A program made the translations under genes and the position numbers. A model generated the notes under the pieces. It did no database searches. It was not told the origin of the DNA and saw nothing but the letters and a program-made list of their open reading frames with translations. This document shows, piece by piece, positions 27,766 through 38,833 of a stretch of 64,000 nt of DNA. Position 1 is the first letter of the stretch; the number at the start of each line of letters is the position of its first letter. The stretch lies in assembly GCA_963719495.1 (NCBI GenBank), contig CAVRCI010000013.1, positions 32,001 to 96,000 on the forward strand. Reading direction: 5' to 3'. The stretch comes from an uncultured Verrucomicrobiae bacterium (lineage in GTDB: Bacteria; Verrucomicrobiota; Verrucomicrobiia; Chthoniobacterales; JAATET01).

Positions 27766-30282
27766 TCACTCGAAGCGGAGCGCCGCGGCCGGTGAGATCC
27801 CGGAGGCCCGCCACGCGGGGAGGATCGCGGCGACGACGGCGACCGGGATGATCCAGAGCGGCGTGGCGACCAGGAACCCGAGTGGATACGCGAGGTCGAT
27901 CGTCCAGCCGAAGTAGGCTCTGTTGACGACGAACGTGAGCACCACCGCGAGGCACGCCCCGGACGCGACGCCGATCCCACTGGCGATGGCACCGATGAGG
28001 CTGGCTTCGCGCAGGAACAGACCAACGACCTGCAAGCGCGACGCGCCGATGGCGCGCAGGGTGCCGATCTCGCGTTCGCGCTCGGCGGCCAGAATGAGAA
28101 GTGCGAGAAGGACGCCGGCGGCGGCGACTCCGATAGCAATCGTGCGAAGGACGAGGGTGACGGCGAACGTTTGGTTGAAGATCTCGAAGATGCGTTGGCG
28201 AAGCGCCTGATTCGAATAAATGGAGAACCGTCCCTCGCTTGCAAAATGCGCGCGGAACGTTTCGCCAAACGCCGCGGGATCGGTGCCAGGGGTCAGCGAG
28301 ATGGCGAGCGATTGGGCTCCGGTGGCGGGCCAATGGCGTTCGTAATTTTCCCGCGAGATCCGGATGATGCCGGTCGTACGGGCGTAATCCCGGTAGATCT
28401 CGGCGACCCGGAAGGCGGCGGGTCCGGCGGGCGTTCCGAGCTCGAGGGTGTCGCCCGCGCGGACGTCGAAACGGTTGGCGAAGGGCTCGGATATGGCGAC
28501 GTGATCCGGCGCGAGGTAGGCGGTGCCGGCTTCGGGGGAACTCGAGACGACCGCCAATGCGGTTCGCTCGTCGCGGAAGTCGATCGGGACTTCGCTGAAG
28601 GTGGCGACGTTCGTGACGGCGGGGTCGGCGCGCGTCCAGGCCAGGGAGGTGGGCGGCAGGCTCGATTGGACCCCGGCGATCTCGTTCCCGGCGGAGCCGA
28701 TGAAGAGGTCCGCGACGAGGGTTTCGCCGATCCAACGGTCGACGCTTCCGCGGAAGGAATGAATCATGACAGACACGCCGACGGTCATCGCGATGGCGGC
28801 GGCGAGCGCGGCGATGGTGATGGCGTTGCGATGATTGAATCGCGCGAGATTCTGCGCGGCGAGCCGGAGAAAACGCGGGGCGCGGCGGAGTAACGCGGCG
28901 GCGGCGGTGATGACGATGGGCGTGACGAGCGAGAACCCGGCGAGCACGAGGAACGCGCTGATGAAGCCGAGCGGCGCGATTCGAAAAATCAGCGCGGCGA
29001 CGCCCGCGGCCAAGGCTCCAACGAGACTGACGGTCCCGACGACGAGCCAGGTGAGCGGCACGCGGCGGAAGCGTTCGGCGGCGCTGCCGGGTCGGAGAAC
29101 CGAAGCCGGATCACAGCGCGCGGCCTCCGAGGCGGGAATCCACGCGGCGAGGAGCGCGGCTCCAAGGCCGGCGGCGAGGGCGGCCCCGATCTGCGGCGGC
29201 GAGAGGTAGAGCCGCTCGATGCTGAGAACGACGTAGAGCGAGCTGATCGTCTTCGCGACCGGGGCGGTGAGGACCTGCGCGATCGGGAGGGACGCGAGGA
29301 CTCCCAGGACGCTGCCGACGCTCCCGGCCACCCCGGCCTCCGCGAGGAAGAGCAAGCGCACCTCCGCGCGGCTCGCGCCGAGTGCGCGCAGCGTCCCGAT
29401 CTCGGCGCGGCGGCGGACGACCGACGCGGAGATCGTGTTGTAGATGAGAAACATTCCGACGAGCAACGACACGAGGCTCAACGCGCTGAGATTCAGCTGA
29501 AACGCGCCGAGCATGGATTCGACCTGGTCGCCGCGGCGGGCGGGCGGGGCCACGGTGACGTCGCCGGGGACAATGCGGCGCAGGGCGGCGGTGGCGCCTT
29601 CGATCCGGTTGCGGTCGACGACAAGCAGGACGGCGGAGAGTTCGCCGGGGCGGGCGAACAATTCCTGCGCCCAGCCGATGTCCATCGCGACCATCCGCGG
29701 ATCGAGGCTGGCGGCGGCGTCTTCTGGGTCCATAACGAAGGCCGGGGCGAGCGTGCGGGTGCCGCGATCGGTGAGGACTTCGACGGGGCCGTCGTGGCCG
29801 AGCGTCGCCGCGAAGGCGGTGGAAACGGCAATGGCGTCCGGTTCGCGGAGCCAGGCTTCGACGTCGAAGTTCGATTGGTTGGCACCGAGGAGTTCGAAGG
29901 TGCGGAGTTGTTCTCCGCGGAAGGGATCGAGGCCGAGAACGCGGAGGTATTCGCCGGGCTGGTCGGGCAGCGTGACGATGCCTTCGAGCAACGGCGACGC
30001 GGCGCGCACGCCGGGGACTCCCGCGATGGCGGGCAGGAGCGCGTCGTCGATGCGACCACGCACTTCGAGGTTGGCGCGACCCGCGACCATCTCGATCCCG
30101 GCGCGGAAGCTCTGGTTCGCGCTGCGGTTGGCGATTTGAATGGCGAGAAAGACGGCCACGCCGAGCGCGATGCTGGCGATATTCAGCGCGAAGAGCACGG
30201 GATGCCGACGAATGCCCCGCAGAAACTGGCGGACGAAGAGCGTGGGAAAGTGGCGGGTGATGGTCGGCACGAAGAGGCGCAA
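27766..30282 (-). CDS. FtsX/MacB-type duplicated ABC permease
   Basis: Two FtsX halves (RRAEIGTLRALGAS; REREIGTLRAIGAS) with large periplasmic loops. Confidence 0.92.
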   Translation of the reverse strand: MRLFVPTITRHFPTLFVRQFLRGIRRHPVLFALNIASIALGVAVFLAIQIANRSANQSFRAGIEMVAGRANLEVRGRIDDALLPAIAGVPGVRAASPLLEGIVTLPDQPGEYLRVLGLDPFRGEQLRTFELLGANQSNFDVEAWLREPDAIAVSTAFAATLGHDGPVEVLTDRGTRTLAPAFVMDPEDAAASLDPRMVAMDIGWAQELFARPGELSAVLLVVDRNRIEGATAALRRIVPGDVTVAPPARRGDQVESMLGAFQLNLSALSLVSLLVGMFLIYNTISASVVRRRAEIGTLRALGASRAEVRLLFLAEAGVAGSVGSVLGVLASLPIAQVLTAPVAKTISSLYVVLSIERLYLSPPQIGAALAAGLGAALLAAWIPASEAARCDPASVLRPGSAAERFRRVPLTWLVVGTVSLVGALAAGVAALIFRIAPLGFISAFLVLAGFSLVTPIVITAAAALLRRAPRFLRLAAQNLARFNHRNAITIAALAAAIAMTVGVSVMIHSFRGSVDRWIGETLVADLFIGSAGNEIAGVQSSLPPTSLAWTRADPAVTNVATFSEVPIDFRDERTALAVVSSSPEAGTAYLAPDHVAISEPFANRFDVRAGDTLELGTPAGPAAFRVAEIYRDYARTTGIIRISRENYERHWPATGAQSLAISLTPGTDPAAFGETFRAHFASEGRFSIYSNQALRQRIFEIFNQTFAVTLVLRTIAIGVAAAGVLLALLILAAEREREIGTLRAIGASRLQVVGLFLREASLIGAIASGIGVASGACLAVVLTFVVNRAYFGWTIDLAYPLGFLVATPLWIIPVAVVAAILPAWRASGISPAAALRFE

Positions 30283-30336
30283 GCTAGCACAGCTTCAGGG
30301 GGAAATCAGGCTTCCAGCCAGTCTCGGCGGGCATCC

Positions 30337-30910
30337 GGGTGTGATCGAAAGTGCGTCCTGATCGGAAGAAGAATCTCGTGAACGCCACGAACGTCTGACC
30401 GAGGGGACGCTAGGAGGCTGACGACGAGTCCGTGGAAGATCGCCACGGCCCAAGGCCTGGCAGCATCGGACCTCCCGCCTCATCCAGACGCCCCCCCAAA
30501 TTCCCGCGGAGTCGCCCGATAAAACGTAACGGCCGTTACGTTTTATCGGGAGCGGAATCGTTCATTCATTCGTTCGTTCGCTCGCCACTCCCCGTCCGGG
30601 GACCCCCGGATCCGCAGCCTTCCGACGGGCAAGCTCCGGCTCGCCAGCGGTAAGGCACGGGCTCTTCCGAGGACCTCGCCACCAATCCATTACCTGTAAA
30701 ATGTGACGCCCGTCACATTTTACAGGTAATGGATTGGTTGGGGCGCTCCGCCGCCAACACCGAGGTTAGCCGGAGATTTGCTTCTCCGTGCGGGTGGTAT
30801 CGTGGCCACCCGAGGGAGGGTTTACTCGCGGCTCGACGCGGGCTGGCTCGTTGATCCCAATCTCACTCGCAACTTTGGGCTCAGCCTTGAACGCACTTTC
30901 AATCACACCC
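30337..30910. mobile_element. ~570-bp MITE-like element, copy 2
   Basis: Terminal IRs GGGTGTGATCGAAAGTGCGTCC / GAACGCACTTTCAATCACACCC pair at 20 of 22 positions; same orientation as copy 1. Confidence 0.85.
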
Positions 30911-31027
30911 CGGGCAGCCTGCCCGGCGGTCGCCGAGCGGAATGGTCGCACGATCCATCGGCAGCTCACATCGTCCGGATTCTCTCGCGCCGACCCAGTC
31001 GCGCAAGGCCCGGGCGGGATGCCTGTT

Positions 31028-33754
31028 TCACCCGACGCCGTCGTCGGCGGCGGCGATGAGTCGTTTCTCCAGTCGGGCGAGCGCGTTGCGGTCTTCGAGG
31101 CGGGTTCCGTCGCGACCGAGCACGTAGAACGTGTCGAGCGCGATTTCCATCTCGGTCGTGACCCGGGACAGCCCGATGGACACACCCTCCTGACCGAAGG
31201 CGCGAAGCAGGGAATACAGGAGCCCAAGCCGGTCGGGGGATTGGATCTCGATAATCGTGAAAATCGGGTGCGAGAGATTGTCGATCACGACGCGGGCGGG
31301 CCGATCGACCTCGTGCGAGACGCGGTAGCTTTTCAGAGAGGACGGTTTGGCGAAAAGCGGCGTGAAATCGTAGTCGGGCTGGTCGAGCGACTGGTGCAGC
31401 GCCGACTCGAAGCGCGTGATGTCGCGCGGGTCGTCGACGGGCGTGTGGGTCGAATCGGCGACCCGGAACACGTCGAGCGCGAGGTTGTCTCCGCGGGTGA
31501 AAATGTCGGCGCTGAGGATGTTGATCCGAGCGGCGACGAAGGCCCCGGCGACCCGTTCGAGGAAACGCTCGCGATCCCAGCCGCACAACCACACCTCGCT
31601 GTGACCGAGTTGCGGACGGTGCTTCCATTCGATGACCGGTGCGAGGGCAATTTCGGAATGCGCCCCAGCGAGCCGCTCGAAAAATTGGTGGAAAAGCCGG
31701 AGGTGATTGGTGATGTCCTCGGCGGAGAACGCCCGGAAGTAGCGCTCGGGCATGTAGTCGAACTGCGCCGCGATTTCCTCGGCGAACGCCTTCGGCAGCG
31801 CTTTGACGACGGCGGCTTTGGTGGTGCCGCGATCGATGGATTCGGCGGCGGACTCGGCTGGACCGCTTTCGAGGTAGCGGGAGGTGCTGCGGAAGAGGCT
31901 CCAGACGAGACCCTCCTTCCAGTCGCTCCAATTCTCCCCGCTGGTGCCCATGCCATCGGCGACGGTGAGCAGCATGAGCGCGTCGAGATTCGCGCGATTC
32001 TGCACGATCCCGGCAAAGGTTTCGATGGTGGCGGGATCCTCGAGGTTTCGACTTTGCGCCGTATGCGAGAGTGAATAATGCGCGTCGACGAGCGTGATGA
32101 GCATGCGCCGACGCTCGGGCGAAAGCTGCAGGCGGCGGGCGACCTTGTGCGCGAGCATGGCGCTTTCGTCCTCGTGGTTCTGCGTGTTCGCCGCCTTGCC
32201 GGTGTCGTGGAGGAGGATGGCGAGATAAAGAATCGAGGGGTCCTCGAGTTTTTGAAACAAGGACCGGTAGCCCGCGAAACGCTTTTCGTCGGAGAAGAGG
32301 AGTTCGTCCAATTTCTCGATGCAGACGAGCGTGTGTTCGTCGGCGGTGTAGCGGTGGAAAAACTCGTGCTGCACAAGGCAGGTGAGCGCGCCGAACTCGG
32401 GGATGTATTTCCCCAGCACGTCGAGGTCGTGCATGGACCGTAGGATCGGCCCGACCTCGCCCTTGTGCGACAGGATCGAGAGAAAAATCTCCCGCCCGAT
32501 CCGCGAGTATTGAAACGTCCGATCGATCACGCGCGGGCGGCGGCGGATGAGGTCGGCGAGCTCCGGGCTGATGCGTAATTTCCGCGTCTGCGCGTATTGG
32601 AAGACGCGCAGCATCCGAAACGGATCCTGGCGAAAAATCTCGCGGTTCTGCGCGTCGAGCTGACCCTGGCAACTCACGAATCCGTCGAATTCGTCGCGGT
32701 GCGCCGGGAGTTGGAAGAACGACCGCAGGCCGGACGGCTTCGGGGTGGCGGCCTGCTGGAAGCGCTCGAGCGCGGCGATCGTGAATTGGTCGATGTCGCG
32801 GGCGTGACTGTAGTAATCCCGCATGAACGCCTCGCAGCGCCGCAGGATCGTCTTCTGCGGATAGCGGAAAGCGGTGGCGATCTGACCCTGGAGCCGGAGC
32901 GTCATCCCGTCGATCGCGCGCTCGTTCTGGTAGTGCATCTCGGTGCGCACGCGGAGGATGAAATCGTAGGCCTTGTCGAGTCGGCGGCGCTCGGTCGCCC
33001 GCAGGAATTCGCTCTCGGCCAGCTTCGCCATGCTGGGGATCCGCTCCTGGAAATTCGCGATCCAGAGCAGGTTCTGGTAATCGCGCAGGCCGCCCCGGCC
33101 GTTCTTCACGTTCGGCTCCTGCATGAAGATCGTGCGACCGTATTTCTCGCGGTTCTCGGCCTGGCTCGCCGTGCGCCACTCGACGTAGCGCGCCTCCTTG
33201 CCGGTCACGCACTCGCGCTCGAACCGGTCGCGGAATTCGTTGAAGATCGCGCGCTCGCCGGTGAGGAACCGACACTCGAGCATCGCGGTTTTCGTGAGCG
33301 GATCGCCGTTGGCCTGCTCGATCGCCTGCGGAACGGAGCGGGTCGAGTGACCAACCTTGAATCCGAGATCCCACAGCGCCGTGAGCGTCTGCCGGATCGT
33401 CCCTTCGAGGCTCGCGCTGGGCTTGCCGCGCGGGAGCAGGAACATGATGTCGACGTCGCTGAAGGGGTTCATTTCGCGTCGCCCGTAGCCGCCGAAAGCG
33501 ACGACGGCCACGCGGTCGGCGTCCGACGTCGTGAAGGTTTCGAAGAGTTCGCGGAAAAGGATGTCGACGAGATCACTGCGCTGACGCGCGACCTCGCGAC
33601 CGCCGCCCCCCGAGTTGTGCCACAGCCGTAAACGGTGCTCCTCGACCTTGCGAAATTTCCGGAAAATCCGCAGCCAGTCCTCCGGCTTTTTTTTCGCGAG
33701 GACGGCCAGGTCCTTCGCCGATTGGGCGAGAATGCGTTCGCGCTGCGGGATCAT
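31028..33754 (-). CDS. glnD: [Protein-PII] uridylyltransferase
   Basis: GGYGRREMNPFSDVDI NTase motif, EPNVKNGRGGLRD, HRYTADEH, LLHDTGK HD domain, C-terminal ACT domains. Confidence 0.97.
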   Translation of the reverse strand: MIPQRERILAQSAKDLAVLAKKKPEDWLRIFRKFRKVEEHRLRLWHNSGGGGREVARQRSDLVDILFRELFETFTTSDADRVAVVAFGGYGRREMNPFSDVDIMFLLPRGKPSASLEGTIRQTLTALWDLGFKVGHSTRSVPQAIEQANGDPLTKTAMLECRFLTGERAIFNEFRDRFERECVTGKEARYVEWRTASQAENREKYGRTIFMQEPNVKNGRGGLRDYQNLLWIANFQERIPSMAKLAESEFLRATERRRLDKAYDFILRVRTEMHYQNERAIDGMTLRLQGQIATAFRYPQKTILRRCEAFMRDYYSHARDIDQFTIAALERFQQAATPKPSGLRSFFQLPAHRDEFDGFVSCQGQLDAQNREIFRQDPFRMLRVFQYAQTRKLRISPELADLIRRRPRVIDRTFQYSRIGREIFLSILSHKGEVGPILRSMHDLDVLGKYIPEFGALTCLVQHEFFHRYTADEHTLVCIEKLDELLFSDEKRFAGYRSLFQKLEDPSILYLAILLHDTGKAANTQNHEDESAMLAHKVARRLQLSPERRRMLITLVDAHYSLSHTAQSRNLEDPATIETFAGIVQNRANLDALMLLTVADGMGTSGENWSDWKEGLVWSLFRSTSRYLESGPAESAAESIDRGTTKAAVVKALPKAFAEEIAAQFDYMPERYFRAFSAEDITNHLRLFHQFFERLAGAHSEIALAPVIEWKHRPQLGHSEVWLCGWDRERFLERVAGAFVAARINILSADIFTRGDNLALDVFRVADSTHTPVDDPRDITRFESALHQSLDQPDYDFTPLFAKPSSLKSYRVSHEVDRPARVVIDNLSHPIFTIIEIQSPDRLGLLYSLLRAFGQEGVSIGLSRVTTEMEIALDTFYVLGRDGTRLEDRNALARLEKRLIAAADDGVG

Positions 33755-34184
33755 GACGGGTGGAGAACGGAATCGGGCGGCATCGCGAAAGGGGCGTTAT
33801 ACCCAAAATTGCGCGATAACCAAACCGCGAAAGCCGGAAAACCCGGTCGTCCCGCAATCGCCGGAAGGGCCGCGTCCGCCGCGACTGATTCGCGGATCGC
33901 CGAAGCCTTTTTGCCGTCGCCGCCGGTGCGGGTATCAAGGCCACCCTCCGGCCCGCCGTGTTTGACCAGCGTGCGTCTTGGCCGATCCCTCACCTTTGGG
34001 GATCTTGGCGTTGCCCTGGCGGCCGAACGAGGAGACCGTCGACGTTCCGCCCGTTGGCTTGGTTGTCGTGACGATGACGATCGTCAGATCGTCTTCCGCC
34101 AAACCTCGCGCTTTCCTGAGAACGCGGTTGCCGTTCAGAGCATCGGCCGACGCCTGGGCGTGGTTTCAACGAAACCAATCGTGA

Positions 34185-34293
34185 CCGGAGGGCGAGGCTC
34201 CCGGCGAGCCGTGGCTTTTCGCGAGAACCGTCCGCTTTCTCGCTGGACTCCGATGCGATGCGATTACGGCTCGGCGGGAGCCTCGCCCTCCGG
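34185..34293. repeat. Inverted REP-like pair (GGAGGGCGAGGCTCCC family)
   Basis: 28-bp arms at 34185-34212 and 34266-34293 with 1 mismatch; further copies at 63254 and, split, at 56648. Confidence 0.85.
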
Positions 34294-34318
34294 GTCTGGG
34301 TTTTCGCCTTGCGGCGTT

Positions 34319-35320
34319 TTAATTCGAGCCGCTGGCGCGGATGACGATCTCGACTCGGCGGTTGATTTGTTGCTCTTCGATGGAGCCGGACGACGGGGCG
34401 ATGAGGCGGGACGAGCCGTAGCCGCGCGTCTGGATGCGGCGTGGGTCGACGCCCATTTGCGCGACGAGCCAGCTTTTCACGGTATTTGCCCGGTCGTTGC
34501 TGAGCTGGCGGTTGTAGGCGTCGCCGCCGAAGGAATCCGTGTGGCCTTCGATGATGAAAGTGGCGTCGGCGTTGCGCTGCACGAGGAGGCCGAGTTTGCG
34601 GAGGCTGGCGAGCGCGCCGGGCTGGAGTTGGTAGCTGTTGTAATCGTAGAGCAGGTCGGCCGGCATCAGGATGGGCGCGGTCTCGTTGGTGAGTGGGCCG
34701 GTATCGGCGAGGAGGTCGTCGAGGTTGCTGAAACCGGGCGTCGTCGAGCCGGCGGACGCGCCTTCCGGGACGCGGACCGCGCCGGACGAGACACCCGGGG
34801 CGCTCAGCTCGAGCAGCGGCCGACCGGCGACTTCGGGCTTGATGGGAATGATGTCCTCGTTGAGCGAATCGAGGTTTTCGATCACGGAGCGGGCTCCGCT
34901 TTTTTCCGCGGACTCGATTGTGTTCGCCAGCGTCGTGGATTCGACCTTCGGCGTCTCGGCGAGCATGGGGTTGTCGAGGGCGGGCGCGGCCGGGGTGGCG
35001 CGGGCTTCGCCCATGAGCTGCTCGAAGGAGACGGAATCCTCGGGCGGTTTGACGGAGGACGGCGACGCGGCGGTCTGGATTTTTTCGTCGAGGGCGGGGT
35101 CGAGGAGGGCCGGGTCGATCTCGACGCGCTCGAGCTGGAATTTGAGGGGGACCATTTCCTCGTAGTAGGATTCGCTGAAAGGTTCGACGGGCACGGTGCG
35201 CGCCCACATGTAGAATCCAAGGTGAATGATCGCCGACATCAGCAGCGCGGGCAGGATCCAGCGGGCGAACCCGGTCGGCTCGTCGTCGAAGAGTTCGTAA
35301 TCGTCGGCGGTGTGATCCAT
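34319..35320 (-). CDS. OmpA-family peptidoglycan-binding protein with N-terminal membrane anchor
   Basis: IEGHTDSFGGDAYNRQLSNDRA, GYGSSRLI, NRRVEI. Confidence 0.92.
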   Translation of the reverse strand: MDHTADDYELFDDEPTGFARWILPALLMSAIIHLGFYMWARTVPVEPFSESYYEEMVPLKFQLERVEIDPALLDPALDEKIQTAASPSSVKPPEDSVSFEQLMGEARATPAAPALDNPMLAETPKVESTTLANTIESAEKSGARSVIENLDSLNEDIIPIKPEVAGRPLLELSAPGVSSGAVRVPEGASAGSTTPGFSNLDDLLADTGPLTNETAPILMPADLLYDYNSYQLQPGALASLRKLGLLVQRNADATFIIEGHTDSFGGDAYNRQLSNDRANTVKSWLVAQMGVDPRRIQTRGYGSSRLIAPSSGSIEEQQINRRVEIVIRASGSN

Positions 35321-35399
35321 TGCTGCGGGGCAAACGGTATCGGCGAAGGGCGGGAATTCAATGCTGGAAAAGCCGACCCGTCGGCGTTAGCGGAGAGCG

Positions 35400-35882
35400 G
35401 TGCGCGTCGATCTCCCCGGATTATTCAAGAAACACGTCCGCTCGTTGCTCGAGCTGCGGGACACGCCCCACGCGATCGCGGGCGGCGTGGCGATCGGCGT
35501 TTTCTTCGGCTTCGTGCCGCTCTACGGTTTGAAGACGCTGCTTTGCCTACTGACGGCCTGGCTTGGGCGCTGCAGCAAACTGGCGGCCATCGTCGTGGTT
35601 TCCCTCTACGACGTTCTGGCCCCGGTGATCCCGGTGATGATGCGGCTGCAATACGACCTCGGCTTCTGGCTCCTGAGCCACCCGCACCGGTTCCCGGCGA
35701 AACTCGACGCGCACCACCTCGAACTCGAAGACATGGTGCATTGGACGACCTTTTTGGACGTCGGCTTCCCGCTGCTGGTCGGGGCCGTCGTGATCGCGGT
35801 GCCGTTCACGGTGGTGGCCTACGTGGTGACCTACGCGGTCGTCGCCCGGCGGTCGAACGGGCAGCTCTCGGCGACGGCGTAG
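35400..35882 (+). CDS. DUF2062 family membrane protein
   Basis: DTPHAIAGGVAIGVFFGFVP motif and TM helices. Confidence 0.85.
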   Translation: MRVDLPGLFKKHVRSLLELRDTPHAIAGGVAIGVFFGFVPLYGLKTLLCLLTAWLGRCSKLAAIVVVSLYDVLAPVIPVMMRLQYDLGFWLLSHPHRFPAKLDAHHLELEDMVHWTTFLDVGFPLLVGAVVIAVPFTVVAYVVTYAVVARRSNGQLSATA

Positions 35883-35897
35883 GAAATGCCTTTTTGG

Positions 35898-35990
35898 ACA
35901 GAAGGCCGCGAAGGTCGCAAAGAATGAGAAGATTGAGGTCGACGCGAATGCGACTTCTTTCACCCCTTTGCGATCTTTGCGGCCTTCTGT
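35898..35990. repeat. Inverted repeat built from 9-mer units
   Basis: ACAGAAGGCCGCGAAGGTCGCAAAG ... CTTTGCGATCTTTGCGGCCTTCTGT; 25-bp arms with two G-T pairs. Confidence 0.75.
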
Positions 35991-36041
35991 TCGAACCGTA
36001 TTGCCTTCCCCCCGGCGGTTGGTAAGGTCCCCGCCCCGCTT

Positions 36042-36920
36042 ATGAGCCAGAAGAAACTCACCATCGGCCTGCCGTCCGGCAGCCTGTTCGACGCGACGAT
36101 GTCCCTGTTCGACAAAGCGGGTTACACGATCTCGGGCGCAAAACGTTCCTACAAACCCTCCGTCGACGATCCGGAGTTGGAAATCCGCCTCCTGCGCGCC
36201 CAGGAAATGAGCCGCTACGTCGAAGACGGGTTCCTCGATTGCGGGATCACCGGGAAGGATTGGGTCGCCGAGAACAACTCCGACGTCGAGGCCCTCTTCG
36301 AGCTTCCCTACAGCAAAGTGAGCGCAAATCCCACGCGCTGGGTGCTCGTGGTCCCCGAAGATTCACCGATTCAGTCCCCCGCCGACCTCGCGGGCAAACG
36401 CGTCGCGACGGAAGCCGTCGGGATCACGAAGAAATTTTTTGCCGACCAGGGCGTCGACGTAAAGGTCGAATTCTCCTGGGGCGCGACCGAGGTCAAGGTC
36501 CCCGATCTGGTGGACGCCATCGTCGACATCACCGAGACCGGCAATTCGCTGCGCGCGAACAAACTCCGCATCGTCGCGACGCTCATGGAGAGCTTCCCGG
36601 TCTTCATCGCCAACCACGCGGCCATCGCCGACGACTGGAAGAAAGAAAAGATGGCGACGCTGCAACTACTCCTCGATGGGGCGCTCACGGCGCGGGATTT
36701 GGTGGGTCTCAAAATGAACCTGCCCAAAGATTCGTTACAGAATTTACTTGAGGCCTTGCCCGCCCTGCGGAATCCTACAGTTTCGCCCCTGGCTCACGAG
36801 GGATGGGTGGCGGTCGAAACGGTGATCGATGAGAAGACCGTCCGGGAGATCATTCCGAAGCTCAAGGCTTTGGGTGCCGAAGGAATCATCGAGTATCCTC
36901 TCAACAAAGTGGTCTATTAA
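36042..36920 (+). CDS. hisG: ATP phosphoribosyltransferase (long form)
   Basis: [58 protein letters not shown]. Confidence 0.97.
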   Translation: MSQKKLTIGLPSGSLFDATMSLFDKAGYTISGAKRSYKPSVDDPELEIRLLRAQEMSRYVEDGFLDCGITGKDWVAENNSDVEALFELPYSKVSANPTRWVLVVPEDSPIQSPADLAGKRVATEAVGITKKFFADQGVDVKVEFSWGATEVKVPDLVDAIVDITETGNSLRANKLRIVATLMESFPVFIANHAAIADDWKKEKMATLQLLLDGALTARDLVGLKMNLPKDSLQNLLEALPALRNPTVSPLAHEGWVAVETVIDEKTVREIIPKLKALGAEGIIEYPLNKVVY

Positions 36921-36931
36921 TCAGTATCTTC

Positions 36932-37036
36932 ATGGGTTCGCTCAAAAAAACTAGAAAGTCCAAGATTGCGAAGCACAAGCGTCGCAAGCGCATGAAAGCC
37001 AATCGCCACAAGAAGCGGTTGCGCTACAAGTCCTAA
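36932..37036 (+). CDS. Small basic protein, AURKAIP1/COX24 (bS22/mS38-like) family
   Basis: Not in the ORF track. Manual translation MGSLKKTRKSKIAKHKRRKRMKANRHKKRLRYKS* (34 aa). Confidence 0.85.
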   Translation: MGSLKKTRKSKIAKHKRRKRMKANRHKKRLRYKS

Positions 37037-37053
37037 GGACTCAAGTTCCCGGG

Positions 37054-38829
37054 ATGAACGCGGGATCCACCCTTTCCCTGGCCTCGGGCGCATTGCGCCG
37101 GGCGGGACTCATCGGGTGCCTCCTCGTTCCGGCAACCCTCCGTTGCGCCGAGCCCGGCGTGTCCTCCGATTATTTGTTGGATGAGGGTCAGCGTGCCCCC
37201 GTCCAAGCGGAGTTGAGTTTCACGGCCGAGCGCCAGGCCGAAGCCATGGCCCGTTTCATCACGGGCATGTTCGAAGAGGAGACCTCCGGCCCCGAGGAGG
37301 CCCTCGAAGATTACCGGCGCGTTCTCACGATCGATCCGGGATTCACCCGACTGGCGATCGACGTCGCCTACGACTACCTGCGTCGCGGCGAATCCGCCGA
37401 GGCCATCGGCGTGCTCAAGGATGCCGTGAAGGCGAAGCCGGACGACGCGGCACCCGCGCTCGCGCTCTCGTCGATCTACCTGCGCCACCTCCGCAAGCCG
37501 GATTTCGCGACGAAATACGCCGAAGCCGCCGTGAAGGCCGCGCCCACCGACTTTGGCGGCTACGAGGCGCTGTGGGAGATCGGCCAATCGCAGGGTGACC
37601 GGGAATTGTCGATGAAGGCGCTGGCCCGCGCCGCCGAGAGTGGTAGCGAGGAGACGGCGTTCTGGACGTCGCTGGCGGAGTTTTACTCGTCGTCGACCGA
37701 CGGCGACGCTTTCGCGGACAGCGAACTTCGTCCGTTGATCGAGGCCAGTCTGGCGAACGCGATCGAGACCGCGGGCGACGACGGCTCGAAGCTCGTGCGG
37801 ATCGGGGATTTTTACCTCATCCATCAGCAATACGAACCCGCCGTCGGGATTTACCAGCAGGCCGAGGCCGAGAACCCGACACTGCCGAAGATTCAGGAAA
37901 AACTCGCCACCACGCTCATGGAAACGGGCCGCACCGACGAAGCCGTCCCGGTGCTGGAAAAGGTGATCCTCCGCAATCCGCTGGACCTCGCGGCCTACGA
38001 CCAACTCCGCCAGCTCTACATCGACCGCGAGGAGTATTCCAAAGCCCTCGCCTGCGTGGAGCAGGCCCTCATCATCGACAAGCAGAACGGCTTCCTCTAC
38101 GACCAACTCGTCAAGCTGCTGCTCATGACCGGCGATTTCGACCGCGCCGCCGACCGGCTCGCGGACGCCCGCAAACTCTTTCCGCAATCCGCGGCCTTCA
38201 CCTACCTGCACGCCCGGGCACTCAGTCTCGCGAAGCGGCACGACGAGGCGATGCGGACGTTCGAAGTCGCGCTGATCGAGGCGTCGGCGGGCGCGCCCGA
38301 ATTGATCGGACCGGAGTTCTATTTCGACTACGGCATCGCCGCCGAACAGGCCGGGCGCTACGCCAAAGCGGACGAACTGCTGAAAAAATCCATCGAGCTG
38401 GATCCGGACAACGCCGCCCTCGCCTACAACGCGCTCGGTTACATGTGGGTCGAGCGCGGCGAGAATCTCGACGAAGCCGAGCAGCTCATCCGCCGGGCGC
38501 TTTCCGCGGAGCCGGACAACGCGGCTTACATCGATAGTCTTGGATGGTTGTATTTCAAGAAGGGGCGATACGAGGACGCGCTCGAGAAGTTGCTGAAGGC
38601 TTCGAAAATGATCGAGCAGCCCGATCCGGTCGTCTTCGACCACGTCGCGGACGCCTACTTCGCCTTGGACCGGACCGCGGAAGCGATGCTCTACTGGAAA
38701 AAAGCGCTCGAACTCGATCCGGAGAACGAGGCGATCGTCACGAAGATCGACGGACTCACGGATACGATGGTGCGGCAGCCGCCGGTCGGCGGGCGCGTGC
38801 CAGGGTCGCGGCGGGACGGGAACCCGTAG
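37054..38829 (+). CDS. Tetratricopeptide repeat protein (exported)
   Basis: Signal-like N-terminus and many TPR motifs: YNALGYMW, AAYIDSLGWLYFKKG, YWKKALELDP. Confidence 0.92.
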   Translation: MNAGSTLSLASGALRRAGLIGCLLVPATLRCAEPGVSSDYLLDEGQRAPVQAELSFTAERQAEAMARFITGMFEEETSGPEEALEDYRRVLTIDPGFTRLAIDVAYDYLRRGESAEAIGVLKDAVKAKPDDAAPALALSSIYLRHLRKPDFATKYAEAAVKAAPTDFGGYEALWEIGQSQGDRELSMKALARAAESGSEETAFWTSLAEFYSSSTDGDAFADSELRPLIEASLANAIETAGDDGSKLVRIGDFYLIHQQYEPAVGIYQQAEAENPTLPKIQEKLATTLMETGRTDEAVPVLEKVILRNPLDLAAYDQLRQLYIDREEYSKALACVEQALIIDKQNGFLYDQLVKLLLMTGDFDRAADRLADARKLFPQSAAFTYLHARALSLAKRHDEAMRTFEVALIEASAGAPELIGPEFYFDYGIAAEQAGRYAKADELLKKSIELDPDNAALAYNALGYMWVERGENLDEAEQLIRRALSAEPDNAAYIDSLGWLYFKKGRYEDALEKLLKASKMIEQPDPVVFDHVADAYFALDRTAEAMLYWKKALELDPENEAIVTKIDGLTDTMVRQPPVGGRVPGSRRDGNP

Positions 38830-38833
38830 AAGA

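Noticed and set aside
33755..34184. Possible small gene upstream of glnD
   Set aside because: The open stretches lack a credible start or any recognisable motif.
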